The position numbers were made by a program, and so were the translations under genes. Below, piece after piece: positions 31,460 through 44,976 of a stretch of DNA of 64,000 bases. The notes beneath the pieces were generated by a model. That model was not told the origin of the DNA. It did not search any database and was given only the letters and a program-made list of their open reading frames with translations. Position 1 is the first letter of the stretch. Every line of letters begins with the position of its first letter. The stretch lies in NCBI RefSeq assembly GCF_009914755.1, contig NC_060934.1. One strand, given 5' to 3'. Source of the stretch: the human T2T-CHM13v2.0 reference genome, Homo sapiens.

Positions 31460-31750
31460 TTTTGTTTTTCTGTTAAGACACAAGGTCTTGCTCTGTCATC
31501 CTGGCTGTAGTGCAATGGGTGTAACTAAGCTCACTGCAACCTCAAACTCCTGGACTCAAACGATCCTCTCACCTCAGCCTCCAGAGTAGCTTTGACTACA
31601 GGTGCGTGTCACCACACCTGGCTTATGTTTTAATTTTCTGTAGAGACAGGGTCTCAATGTATTGCCTAGGCTGATCTCAAAATTCCTGACTTCAGGTGAT
31701 CCTCCCACCTTGGCCTCCCAAAGCACTGGGATGAGCCACCACGTCTGGCC
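31460..31750 (-). mobile_element. AluJ
   Basis: Diverged antisense dimer with J-type motifs. Confidence 0.9.
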
Positions 31751-32546
31751 CGTATTCTAACTTTTTGATTCCTTCTCTTGAAGACCTAGTCAATTCTGAA
31801 TTGAGTTATATTCTGGGTAAAGAAAATTAAAAACAAAATGAAAAAACAATTTCTGGTGAAGAATGAGAGAGCCAATGACACAGAAGGAAATAAGAGCAGT
31901 ACTACAAAAGGAGCAACCAGGATGCATCTGCCAAAGCCAAGGAGACAATGGGTGTTCACAGATTCGAAGTCCAACCAACCCAGACCTTGACTACACTGGG
32001 GTCCACACTTCCCACTAACAACTTTATCTCTGCAACCACAGAAATTACTGGAAATGTCTTAATGCCCCAAGAACTGGAAGCCACTCTGACAATAAAATCA
32101 CTTTCATACACCAGTCCCCACAGACCATGGTAATAAGGAGACATGACAGCAAATACAAAGAAAAGCCATTGCTTAGACATCTAAAATCAGTTATGTCTTT
32201 CAATACCAGTCCAAGAAAGAGAAACAGAAACTCAAACACTGACCACATTAGTGTTTATGGTGAAACACAACTCTGATTAGACAATTAACATCCAGGCTGC
32301 CTAAAACTAAAAGCAAGCTTCATAAACAAACCACTAATAAGCTGTTGCTTCTTCTTTGGAAAGAGAAGGTTATTTATAAATTGCTGCCACCTAAAAACTG
32401 ACCTGATTCAGTACTGTCAGACAGCGAAGTACACTTAGGCAAGTGGCAAATGACAAGGGAAAAAAATCACCTCACAAAGTGTGACACTTCATCCTAAGTG
32501 TAATAAATGAACAAAACAGAATATTGCACAAGACTGTGAATTGTTT

Positions 32547-32622
32547 AGCCGAGATCCGCCACTGCACTCCAGCCTGGGTGACAAGAGCGAGACTCCGTCT
32601 CAAAAATAAATAAATAAATAAA
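32547..32622 (+). mobile_element. Alu 3' fragment with (AAAT)n tail
   Basis: agccgagatccgccactgcactccagcctgggtgacaagagcgagactccgtctcaaaaataaataaa. Confidence 0.9.
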
Positions 32623-33685
32623 ATGTAATCTTTATAGTTTCCCACTCATAAAAAGTAATACTGAAGAAAAACCTCTGAATTCGGTAAGTTAGGGTTCCTA
32701 GCATCAAATATTCCATGTGAGATCTTAAAAACAACAGGAACATCAAGAAATCAGAGCACCTAGCACGTATGACCACTCTGGGAGACACTGGCTCAACTGC
32801 CTCTGTCCCTAATGCAAATTTACCAGCTGAAATCCTTCAGAGATACATTCGCTGATAAACAGGCTACAATAGGTGTAGAAAGATGTGGGTAATGACTGAC
32901 TAGATTGCAACCTGTCTGAATCATAGAAATTGAAAGAAAATAAGCTTTGCCAAGACACAGAAGCCAAGATTTCAAGCACTTTGGGACATGCAGTTCCACT
33001 GCTGGGATGTTTATTCAGAGGTGGCTGTAAGTTTCACTTCACTCTTTCAAGTATGTGCTCGGGGGCTGCACACCAACCGAGGGAGTGAAAAGAAAAATCA
33101 GATCAATCTTGCATGAAGCACTTGGTGAGGAGTGGAGGCCAGACGAGCTGGGCAGAAAGAATGAAGTACAGGAAGAGTCACCGGGACAGGAGCCTTCTAG
33201 GAAGAAGAGGCTGCAGAAACGCAGGGGTGAGGCGCCGCTCCGGCAGGGCACCAATGATCCAAGTAGGAGATCATGCTGAGTTTCTTCTCCTTCTCATTGT
33301 GAGAAAGCAAACACACAGTTTCTTCTAGACCTGGAACACCAACCGTGACTTGCAAACACAATGACACAGATTCATGATGCCTTGTCCACAATTCCAAAAT
33401 CAAATGACTCTCAAAATGAAAAATTTTTCATAAGTTTGTTAGAAGTACATTTGGTGGCAAAAGCAACTCTGAACCAATCCAAGATTATTTGTAGTATTTA
33501 TTTACTTGGTGAATATTCACATTTTGCTACAGAAATACCAAAATTTTGACTACAGGGTCCTGCCTCAGACATCACAGGAGGTGTTACATCTTATGACACA
33601 TATTCCATATTACCTGCCTAAAATCTGAACAACTCAGTATTCTAACATCCAGCCATAATGATTTTAGGTAAAGTATTGTGGTGCT

Positions 33686-34393
<708 letters not shown>

Positions 34394-34659
34394 TCACTTT
34401 AAGCTCTCTTGAAACCATACGCGACTACCTTCCAGATCTTCCTATTTCAAAAAGGAGTTCTAGAAAACCACACCAAGTGTGCAGGGCGGAATGGGGAGTC
34501 AGAGTCCCTGGAACAGAAGCCTCAGGAGCCACCGTGTCCTTTCCCAGGGTCGTGGCCCTCAGCTGCAGGCAGCTCTAAGGCTTCTTCATGCTGCCTGCCT
34601 CCTGCTTCCCAGGACATTCAATTACAGGTTATGCTGTCAAACAACAGCACGCATTAGAG

Positions 34660-34750
34660 CAGGATTGCTCTGCTGCATCCCCAGGACCTAGAACAGTGTC
34701 TTGCACATAGTAGGTACAGAGTAAATATCTATTCAGGGAATGAACAAATC
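34660..34750 (+). mobile_element. L2 3' end
   Basis: ctgcatccccaggacctagaacagtgtcttgcacatagtagg...aaatat...gaatgaa. Confidence 0.75.
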
Positions 34751-34928
34751 CTCCAAAGCTCCCTGTGGTTCACAACACACTATATTAAAAAAAAAAAAAA
34801 TGCCAAACATAGTATCTGCTATACCTCGTGTTCTAGCATGAGAATTCATGGAAGGAAGGAAGGTGGATGGCGGGGAGACTACTCCAGTATAAATACAAAG
34901 ATATAAGTATACAATGTTTCCTTTACTT

Positions 34929-35237
34929 GGCCAGGCATTGTGGCTCACACCTGTAATCCCAGGACTTAGGGAGGCTGAGCTGCCCGCTCAGCAGATGGCT
35001 TGGGCCCGGGAGACAGGAGACCAGTCTGGACAATACAGCAAGATACTGTCTCTACAAAAACAAACAAACAAACAAAAATAGAAATATTAGCCAGGCGTGG
35101 TGGCCATTTGCCTGTAGTCTCAACTAGTCGAAAGACTGAGGTGGGAAGATCACCTGAGCCTGGGAAGCTCGAGGCTACAGTGAGCCATGACCATGCCACT
35201 GTGTTCCAGACTGGGCAACAGAGTGAGATCCTGTCTC
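34929..35237 (+). mobile_element. AluJ lacking a poly(A) tail
   Basis: J-type dimer ending ...cctgtctc, followed by G-rich ggaggggaccgggggtg. Confidence 0.9.
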
Positions 35238-36331
35238 GGAGGGGACCGGGGGTGTAATCTTTTTACTTTCTGATTTAAATAAGTTATTTTTATTGAGTCT
35301 GGAATCTATTACTTGCAATATTGTTTCCATGAGAAAATAAAGTTCCAAGTAACAGATTTTACAATGAAGTTTTAGAACAATGACCCATTTCTGAATTGGA
35401 GACATCAAGCTTAAGTATATAGTCACCATAGCAACTTTTTCAAGATCCAGCATCCTTAATTTAAGATATAAGTAAAATTTTAAAGCAAAAACAAAAAGCC
35501 ATTCAAAAAATTAAATAATAAAAATATTCCATAAAGCCATACCATGAAATGCAATATAGAAAATTGTGACTGATTTTTAGAAGACAAAGCCACGTTTCTT
35601 TTCCTATCTTTTTAATGAGGCACATGGAGGATGGTTTATTTATTCCCTAGGGAGAAACCTTCATCCTGTACATAAATGCAGTATAACTGATATTTCACAC
35701 ATGGTATTTGTATAAGAAACACAAATGCAAAGAGAAGGGAAGAACTTCCAGTGTGCTTAAGAACTGAGAACTATAAATGTTTCCTTTAGAGAAATGAAAA
35801 TTTAAATCTCTCGAATCTGCAGTATGAGACACATAAAGCCATCTGCCCCAAGATACAATCTATATTCCTGAAGGGACAACAAAACTCTCTCATTCTATAT
35901 GAATCTTCTGTATATGAATTCTGAATTCATAGGCAGCCTTCCATCTCAACCTTGTACAAAACCCTGAAGCCCAAGAAGGCACAACCTTTTCATGCTAACA
36001 GCACAACCTTTGTCTCCTGCTCATGTTTAGACCACACCTCAGAGAATCTGCCTTGTGTGTGATGTGTCAGATTATAGGGAGGAGGCCCCTGGGAAGTGCT
36101 GGTGCCTAAACTGCAGCTAATTTTTAAGTGTCCACAAATGCAGTGTCCACATCCAAGGAAAACAACATTTATTTAACAACTTTCATTAAAATTAAGCCAA
36201 TATTATATGTATTCATCAGTACACATCCCATCCACAGAGAACCCAGAATAAGCAGTATTCTTTAATCTTGGTATGCCTCGCTGTAAGCAAACCCACATAG
36301 AGTCAAAACAGCTCATCTTTAACCCACATAC

Positions 36332-36496
36332 GTTTTTTGGGTGGGAAGGTGGGACAGGGTCTCACTCTGTGGCCCAGGCTGGAGTGCAGTGGCATGATCA
36401 TGGCTCCCTGCAGCCTTGAAGTCCTGGGCTCAAGCAGTCCTCCAGCCTCAGCCTCCCGAGTAGCTGAGACACAGGCAAGCAACACCGCCCCTGGCC
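36332..36496 (-). mobile_element. Alu right monomer (FRAM/AluJ-like)
   Basis: gacagggtctcactctgtggcccaggctggagtgcagtgg...cctgggctcaagc. Confidence 0.88.
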
Positions 36497-36656
36497 TATG
36501 CACATTTTAAAGTGAAGACTAACTGTCACAGGAACCACCCTATTCAGAAAAATATCCTCACAAACATTTTTAAAGAAAATGATATGGAATGAATAGAATG
36601 GAACAAAATAAAATAGGAAATATCAATGTACACTTACAAAGCAGTAAGGTTGTTTG

Positions 36657-36658
<2 letters not shown>

Positions 36659-36696
<38 letters not shown>

Positions 36697-36718
36697 ACGT
36701 GTGCACACACACACACGC
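36659..36718. repeat. (GT)18 followed by a (CA)n tract
   Basis: Directly visible. Confidence 0.97.
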
Positions 36719-36767
36719 TTGCATTTACCCACTGGGCTGCCAAGTGAAATGTATTTTTTACTCTAGC

Positions 36768-36980
36768 GTAGTGATTCTCAATGAGGGGCAATTTTGCCCC
36801 CAGGGGACACTGGCAGTGTGTGAGACATATTTGGTTGTCATAACTGGGGTCAATATTATTGACCTCTAAACAGTATAGGTCAGGGAAACTGCAAAACATC
36901 CTCAATACACAGGACAGTCCCACACAACAAAGAATAATCCAGTCCAAAATGTCATTTATGCAGATGCTGAGAAACCCCAT
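36768..36980 (+). mobile_element. MER20
   Basis: gtgattctcaatgaggggcaattttgcccccaggggaca...ttggttgtcataactggg...caggacagtcccacacaacaaagaat...tgagaaaccc. Confidence 0.9.
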
Positions 36981-37583
36981 TATAGGAGACAACCAAAAAG
37001 TTAAAGGCCACTAACTGACCCTATACTTCATCCCATCTGGTGATCACTCCTGTAGAACATATATGGATTTATATGTGCATTGCCTTAAGCAAAATCTGAT
37101 AATATTTACAAAGTAAGTGTAACAGTAGCCTCTTAATGGGCATTGTTAAAACATGGTTACAAATAATTTTCTTCTGATTATAAAATATCATAGGTGCTCA
37201 TTGCAGAGAACTGTAAAACTAAAAAAAAGCATAAAGCATTGTGTCATACAATTTTAAAAAGATGGAACAAGGCATCATCATTTATACATCACTTACCAGA
37301 AAATGATACATTCCTGTGATCTACATATTGTGAATAAATTCACTATTTTCCAGAATTTTTGTTTAAACGTCACTATTTTCACACAAGAACTTTAATGATA
37401 AGACAATTCTCACTCAGGCCATGAGAACATGCTCAAGAGTTAGATGTTAGGATTGACTTAAAAAATTCTAAGATGATATGAAAGTGTCCAAATAACTCAA
37501 CATTTATTTGCATCCATGAACTTGGTTTGGATCCATAAGGAATATTCTGACTTTTTTTAAAGGCTTTTTTTTTTCCAATTTAG

Positions 37584-37758
37584 GGGAAAAAAAAGCAATT
37601 AGCCAGACATCAGGGTCCCAGCTACTCAGGAGGCTGAGGTGGGAGGAACCCTGGAGCCTAGAAGGTTGAGGCTACCATGAGCCATAATCGTCCCACTGCA
37701 CTCTAGCCTGGGCGTCAGAGCAAAACCCTGTCTCCAAAAAATAAAAATTAAAAAACAA
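37584..37758 (+). mobile_element. Alu right monomer (J/FRAM)
   Basis: aattagccag...gtcccagctactcaggaggctgaggtgggagga...A tail. Confidence 0.88.
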
Positions 37759-39000
37759 AGGATTTTCTCATGTTTCTATTTAACATAAATAAAAGAATAA
37801 CATTTTGCAAAATCCTAAAATATAAGCTAATAAATGAGAAGAGGACTGAAAACTGAAAAGAAGAAGAAAAAAAGACCAAACCATGAAAAGACAGAAATCT
37901 ACTTGCTGTTCACCATGCATACTTCAATAAACCAAAACGCAACTTAAAGTTCTTGTTGAACTTTTCTTGTGCAACCTGTTCCCAGGCAAGGCCAATATAA
38001 TGGAAAACCAGAGAGTGTGAAGAATGGAACATAAGCTCCTCTTTGCTTTTCAAACTATGGAAGATGTGCAACTATACAACAGAAGAACAAACTACAAAGT
38101 CTTAAGTTAGAGGTTTTGTCAAAAATATTTTTTTAAATCACAGTCTAAATGTTAGCCATTATATTTAAAAGAACCCTAATTACATTCCAAAGAAAAGTGG
38201 GTATGTGCACTGTCACTAATGAGATCTCAGGGCATGTGAATAATTTCAGAAGCAGCAGCCAGTATCCTAGGATGCCTTTTGTCATCATTTGCATTAAGCT
38301 GAAATTTTATCAGAAGGCCAATTAATAGTCAATGTAATAGCTTTGTGGAAAGAGCACTAAATTAAGTATGTCAACACCATATATTCGGTACCTGCTCCTG
38401 TCTGGCACTCATCAAGAAAATTACATTAGTGAAGCTTAATTCTCACAGATGATGGCAGATCACTGGCAACTCACAACAAGACTTGGTTGACAATTCTAGT
38501 TATCTTCAACATGTGGTAAAAATCATGACGTTAAAAGGAGCTCAGTTTCTGCAGATCTTTCACAGGGAGCTATAAAATAAATTTAAAAGGATCCTAGCCT
38601 AACTTTTCTTTTTGAATTCTGCATCTATTAACACTTAAAATTTTTGGAAAAAAATGTTTAAGTGAATAAAATTCACTAGAAACATAAGTAGTGTCCACAT
38701 TCAAGGAAAATGTTTATTTAACAACTTTCATTAAAATTAAGCCAATATTATAGGTATATACTTAGATGCTATCAAAATCCTCAAAAATCTAAATCATTCT
38801 ATTTCTGAAATAACTAGGTCATTCTAGCTCTAAATTTCCTTAATAATAAAAAACAATTCAAATTTAACTGCTTGGGGCATATGGCACTATATAATATCAA
38901 GTTTGCCCATCTTAAATGCTATTTACTCAGGGGGTTTAAAAAGAAAGGGTTACATAATGTATTGGCTCAAAATAACACCTGCCTTTATAATACATTAACC

Positions 39001-39157
39001 CAGAGTTTCTCAAAGTGTGGTCCCTCCCAGTAGCACCAGCATCACCTGGGAACTGTTAGAAATGTAAATATTCAGGCCCCATCAGTCCTGCTGAATCAGA
39101 AACTCTGGGGCTGGAGTCCAGAAATCTGTAATACCAACTCAAGTTTGGGAAACTCTG
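39001..39157. mobile_element. MER5A-family MITE
   Basis: TIRs cagagtttctcaaa / tttgggaaactctg; agcatcacctgggaact...ctgaatcagaaactctgggg. Confidence 0.9.
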
Positions 39158-40007
39158 TCCTAACCTTATAGAGATGACAATTTGAGAATAAAGGACAAGA
39201 ACAAAGAAAAACTACAGTATCTATGAAGACTTGCTGTACCAAGTGACATCCATAAATTCATTTTGTTTAATTCTTACAGTAATGTTAGGATGTAGTAACT
39301 ATTATTCTCATTTACACTGGAGCACCTCTTGCTTAGTGAAGTTAAGCCATGAAGCAGAGACACTAAAAGGTAATATAAAGCCCACCACTAACCACTACTA
39401 CAAGCCACAGGCAAGAACACTTTCTGCTCTCATAGTACCTGTATTGAGTTCGTGCACTCAATAAATTGCCAAAGAATTTAGGAAAAAAGGGGTTCTGTCA
39501 AGACATAATTTCAGTCTTCTATCACATGAGCTTCAAAACCCAACATGCATAATGCTGTTCCCTCTTCAAAAAATAGGAAGGGTGTTAATGGCTATTTGAT
39601 TCCTCTTTCATCAGATTTTTATTTAATTACCTGACTCAACAATAACCTACAAAACCCACCTTACCTGATCTTTGCAACCTGATCACCTGTTCCAGCATCA
39701 TGCAAATTTCCACAACTGGTTCATCTCAAACCAAAACTTCAACATTCCAAATCTAAAGAGCAAGGTCAGATGGTTAAGAACTTAACAGATAACCTGGGAG
39801 TAGAGTTTTCAAAGTAACATCTCCCTCAAACTCAGGTGTTAGGGCCAAACACCAGCACTGCCCCAAAGCACTTGTCAACAGATATAAACATTTGGACATG
39901 GTATCAGTAAGAAATTTGTTGACATGGACATTGACAGAAAAAATATTATAACTGCCTTACAAAAAAATCATTTAAAACACCCTTAAACATACAGAAGAGG
40001 AGACTAA

Positions 40008-40325
<318 letters not shown>

Positions 40326-40699
40326 TAACCATTTTAATTAAAACCTATGTAGTTATTAAAATATATATCCATAGGCATAGAAAGGCAAAACTAGGCACCA
40401 AAACATTAACATAGTATATAAAATACTTAACACTGTAGAATTATAAGGGATGTATTTTCTGCTTTGCACTTGTTTTTCAATTGCTTGCGCTATAAGCATG
40501 TCTTTAACGTAAAAGTATACTTATAATAAAATGAAATTAGAAATACAATAAATAAAATATATGTTGTATACTTTTAAAACCTAACAAATTACCAACATAT
40601 AGTAACTATTAATATTTTTTAAATGATGAAAAGTTGTCTTACATTTTGAAGTTAACACTCTTTTTTTTGAAGTTAACAGTTAAAATGTGGCAAATTTTA

Positions 40700-41030
<331 letters not shown>

Positions 41031-42667
41031 TCACTGTCACCCGGGCTGGCCTGGCAAATTTTAATTTAAATAACTACTGCAAAATACTGAATGTACTAGA
41101 TGAATACACTTTTATACAAAGAAAAAAAAAGCACTTTGCAGATCATAGCAATTACCAATATCCACCTCATCAATAAGTTCCAGGGTTTCACTGGGTACAA
41201 ATGTATAGTTTTAATTTTCATTGGAATTAACCGAACTGGCTTTCCTATTATTTCATAAATTTTTTTAGCTATTTAATGTATTCTTTAGGCTAAACACAAT
41301 GAATGAGCACATTAGAATTTAGGACCATTCTAGAAGGACCCCTGACAGCCAGATAAAACACAGTTATTACTGTCAGAACACAAATGAAATAATCTGAAAA
41401 GACAAGGAATTGTTTAGCCCATCAAACACACAAAAGCAATACTTCTTAAATGTTTAGCTCACTCTAACAAGTTATTTTTTATAAACTTTAGTTTCTCAAT
41501 GTTTGATAATAAGAACACAGAAATTTGCCTAGACCACAACGGCTGATGAAACTTAAACATTCATGCAAATTTATGGATTGTCTGACATTATTGAACAGTT
41601 CATCAAAAAGCTAGAGGGATACTCCCTTTGTCAGCCTGTGCCCATTAGCAGGTCAATTCAATGAACATTAGCAATTAACAGCAATTTACAAGAGGAAATA
41701 CTTAAAAACTGGATTACTTACTGTGCTTAGTTTCTTACAGACATACAAGCATTTAAAAATAGAACACTGGGGTTTCAAAATCACATGCATAGCATTTTTT
41801 ACAATACATTTTAAACATGAACAATATAAACAATCTGCCAGAATTATGCCACATCATTTTTCCCTTTGGGAAGGCTATAAATGTTACATATACCATATGT
41901 ATTAAATAATTATGACTAGAGATAATCTTAGCACACATAAAATATGGGCATCATTGCCAAGAACTCGTCGAGATTTATTACGTTGAGTTATACAGCTCCT
42001 ATGCTCTGTAAGGAAATGACATGTTTAACTTTAACATTACATAGAAAGGATCACTGAAGGCAGGGTAGTGGATAGTAAGTACTTGGGTGAGTTCCCGATA
42101 GGACAGGTTATCACTGAGTGCGCTTTCCTTTTCTTCCCATGCCATGACCTGACATCTATTGACCAAGTGGTGACTCCAATTAAAATGCTATTGCTTAATG
42201 ATGACAAAAAATGCACTGCACAGATGGAAAAAAGAAAAAAACATATTTCAGGCAATGATGATGCTTAAAAAATTTAAGCATTAAATTAACCAGCAAATTC
42301 TGGCCCTACGTGTTGATAACTACTGAAAAAATAGCCTACATTATGAAGTGTTAACATAAAAAATTCCCCATGATGTCATAAATATTGTTGCACATCAATG
42401 GGCTCTAAAAGCTAACCAGATGGTGACAAGCAAATTATACAAAGGTATGGACACCTTCGGGCCACTCATCTTCTACTGATCAAGCACACAGTCTTTCCAT
42501 TTGATTTTTTTAGGTTATAGCAGTTAGGCTATACTTCAAACATTGTAAGCAATAACATTAATTAATCCAGGAAACTCCATTTTCTGTAGGTCACAGGCAG
42601 GCTCTTTCTCTCTTCATTTGTCCGTCTCATTTCCTACAGAAGTTTCTCCACTGTTTAAAATAGTATG

Positions 42668-42990
42668 GGCAGGCGGGCGTGGTGGCTCATGCCTGTAATC
42701 CCAACACATTGGGAGGCTGAGGCAGGTGAATCACTTGAGGCCAGGAGTTAGAGACTAGCCTGGGCAATGTGGCAAAACCCTAACTCTACTAAAAACACAC
42801 ACACACACAAAAAAAAGCCAGGCATGGTGGTACATGACTGTAGTCCCAGCTACTCAGGAGGTCGAGGCACAAGAATCACTTGAACCCAGGCAGCAGAGGT
42901 TGCAGTGAGCCAAGATTGCACCACTGCACTGCAGCCTGGGCAACAGAGCAAGACTCTGTCTCAAAATAAAATAAACTAATAAATAAAATA
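42668..42990 (+). mobile_element. Alu with (CA)n in the middle linker
   Basis: Dimer; TSD taaaatagtatgg / taaaatagcgtgg. Confidence 0.94.
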
Positions 42991-44692
42991 GCGTGGTCAC
43001 GTATGAAGGATATTTTAAGATAACAGAAAAAAAAATAAAATAGCATGCAATTAACTACCAGCTGGCATTAAAATGTCACCCTAAACACAGCAGTCACTCA
43101 ATGAATGTGGTTTATGAACAATCTTCCTTGACATTCCACTCTCTTCTGTGGGGAAACTTGCCATACTTTTCTCTGATTCCAAGGAAAAAGCCAGGAACTA
43201 AATAAAAGGGCCACCGAGAAGGCAGCCTTTTATTGGCTTTAGTTTTGCAAATACTTTGAACAAAAATGACATTCACTTCCTACAAGTCTTTCTTTGGTCT
43301 CTATCACGTCCCAAATTCAATTCCTGTTCAGCACTCTAAAAAAGCAGTCCACTTTCAACTACTTGGACAGGAATAATCCAGGTATATCCATTCTTAGACC
43401 TTACATCAGCCAGGTCCAAACAAATCAAACAGTGGCTGCCCCAGCATTTCCAGAGAGTGGGCTGCAGCAGGAGAACAAAACTGCAACCAACAGGTAACTC
43501 AGAGCTCGACAGTTGCATTTCTGTGTGTTTGTAGCCGATATTTTCGCAAACAGTAGAAATCTTGATCCAATATGTTTCTTCATACAATTGTGATAACATA
43601 GATAATTCAACTACTAGCAGTAGAACTTGTTCCCATGAGAAATCCTCTGAAAGAAGAGCTCTGTGGGGATTATGGGTATGTGTTTCAACAGAACTTGGGT
43701 GGTTGCCTTTAAAGAGTACCCACAGTACAGTCTTATTTAATTAATGTACAAAACCCTATTTTAAATAATTTTTTCCTTTGAAAGTCTTAAATTTTGATGG
43801 ACCTCATAGTCCAACATTAAAAATATGTAAAAACATTCTCTTATCCATAGTCCCTGTTTTCACTTTACAGAGATGAGATTCTCTTCTCTTCTGAAGTCCT
43901 ACAAAGTAGCCCACAATTCACCAACACAAGGTAAGAATGGGATCTGGTTTTTGTTTGTTTGTTTGTTTGTTTTGGCTGCTGATTCCATTGAGATTCTGCA
44001 CTTTGTCAAAAGTTAGCCAGTCCCTGCAGCCCCACCCCATCCATGCAGTTGTATTTTTTCATGACATTGATTACCAGTTTAGTGACAAAACATTTATAAC
44101 ATACCCTAAAATACACTCAATTACACATTGGCTAGAGTTGTATTTGGAGGGGTTTTGCCACTATTTTTAAAATTTTCATGCTACTATCCTCAAACAGGAA
44201 TAAATTTCATTGAAACTTCATTTCAAACTGTAAAGTCACCATGTCTGTCTTTAGATGAGGCATACTCTCCCACTGTCTCCTTCTGTGGCTGAGGTGGTCT
44301 GTGTGTCTCTGAGCACACAGAAGGTAAGAAGGTTCTGATGACAGCACAAGCATCTAAACCCTTCAAAATTTCCAATTCTCCTCCACGACCAGGCCCAGAG
44401 AGCTGGACAAGCAGAAACCATCCAGCATACAAATGTAAGCTCCAGTCAACAAGAATCATGCTGCTTTAATCACCAAGAGCCTTGCTGGACCTTCTCACAT
44501 CCTGGCCGACTACGTTAAAAGAAAATCTCACAGGCTCCATGAGGTGAATCACGGTCCACTGGTTGATTCTTTCACAAACATCCGGAGCACATGAATGTGC
44601 GAGGTAGGGCTGGATGCACACATGCATGGTGAGGAGGACACCGTCCTTGCACGTCACCACAGACAGGCGGGTCACTGCCATGTGCCCTCCAC

Positions 44693-44976
44693 CTTTTATC
44701 TTTGAGACAGGATCTCACTCTGTCACCCAGGCTGGAGTGCAGTGGTAGGATCACTGCCTCAAAGTCCTGGATTCCAGCGATCCACCCACCTCTGCCTCCC
44801 AGGTAGCTGGGACTACAGGTGTGTACCACCACACCCGGCTAATTTTTATATCTGTAGTAGAGACAGGGTCTTGCCATGTTGCCCAGGCTGGTCTCGAACT
44901 CCTAAGCCCAAGTATCCTCCTGGCTAGGCCTCCCAAAAAGTGCTTGGATTACAGGCATGAGCCATCTCGCCTGGCC
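44693..44976 (-). mobile_element. AluJ
   Basis: Antisense dimer with J motifs. Confidence 0.92.
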
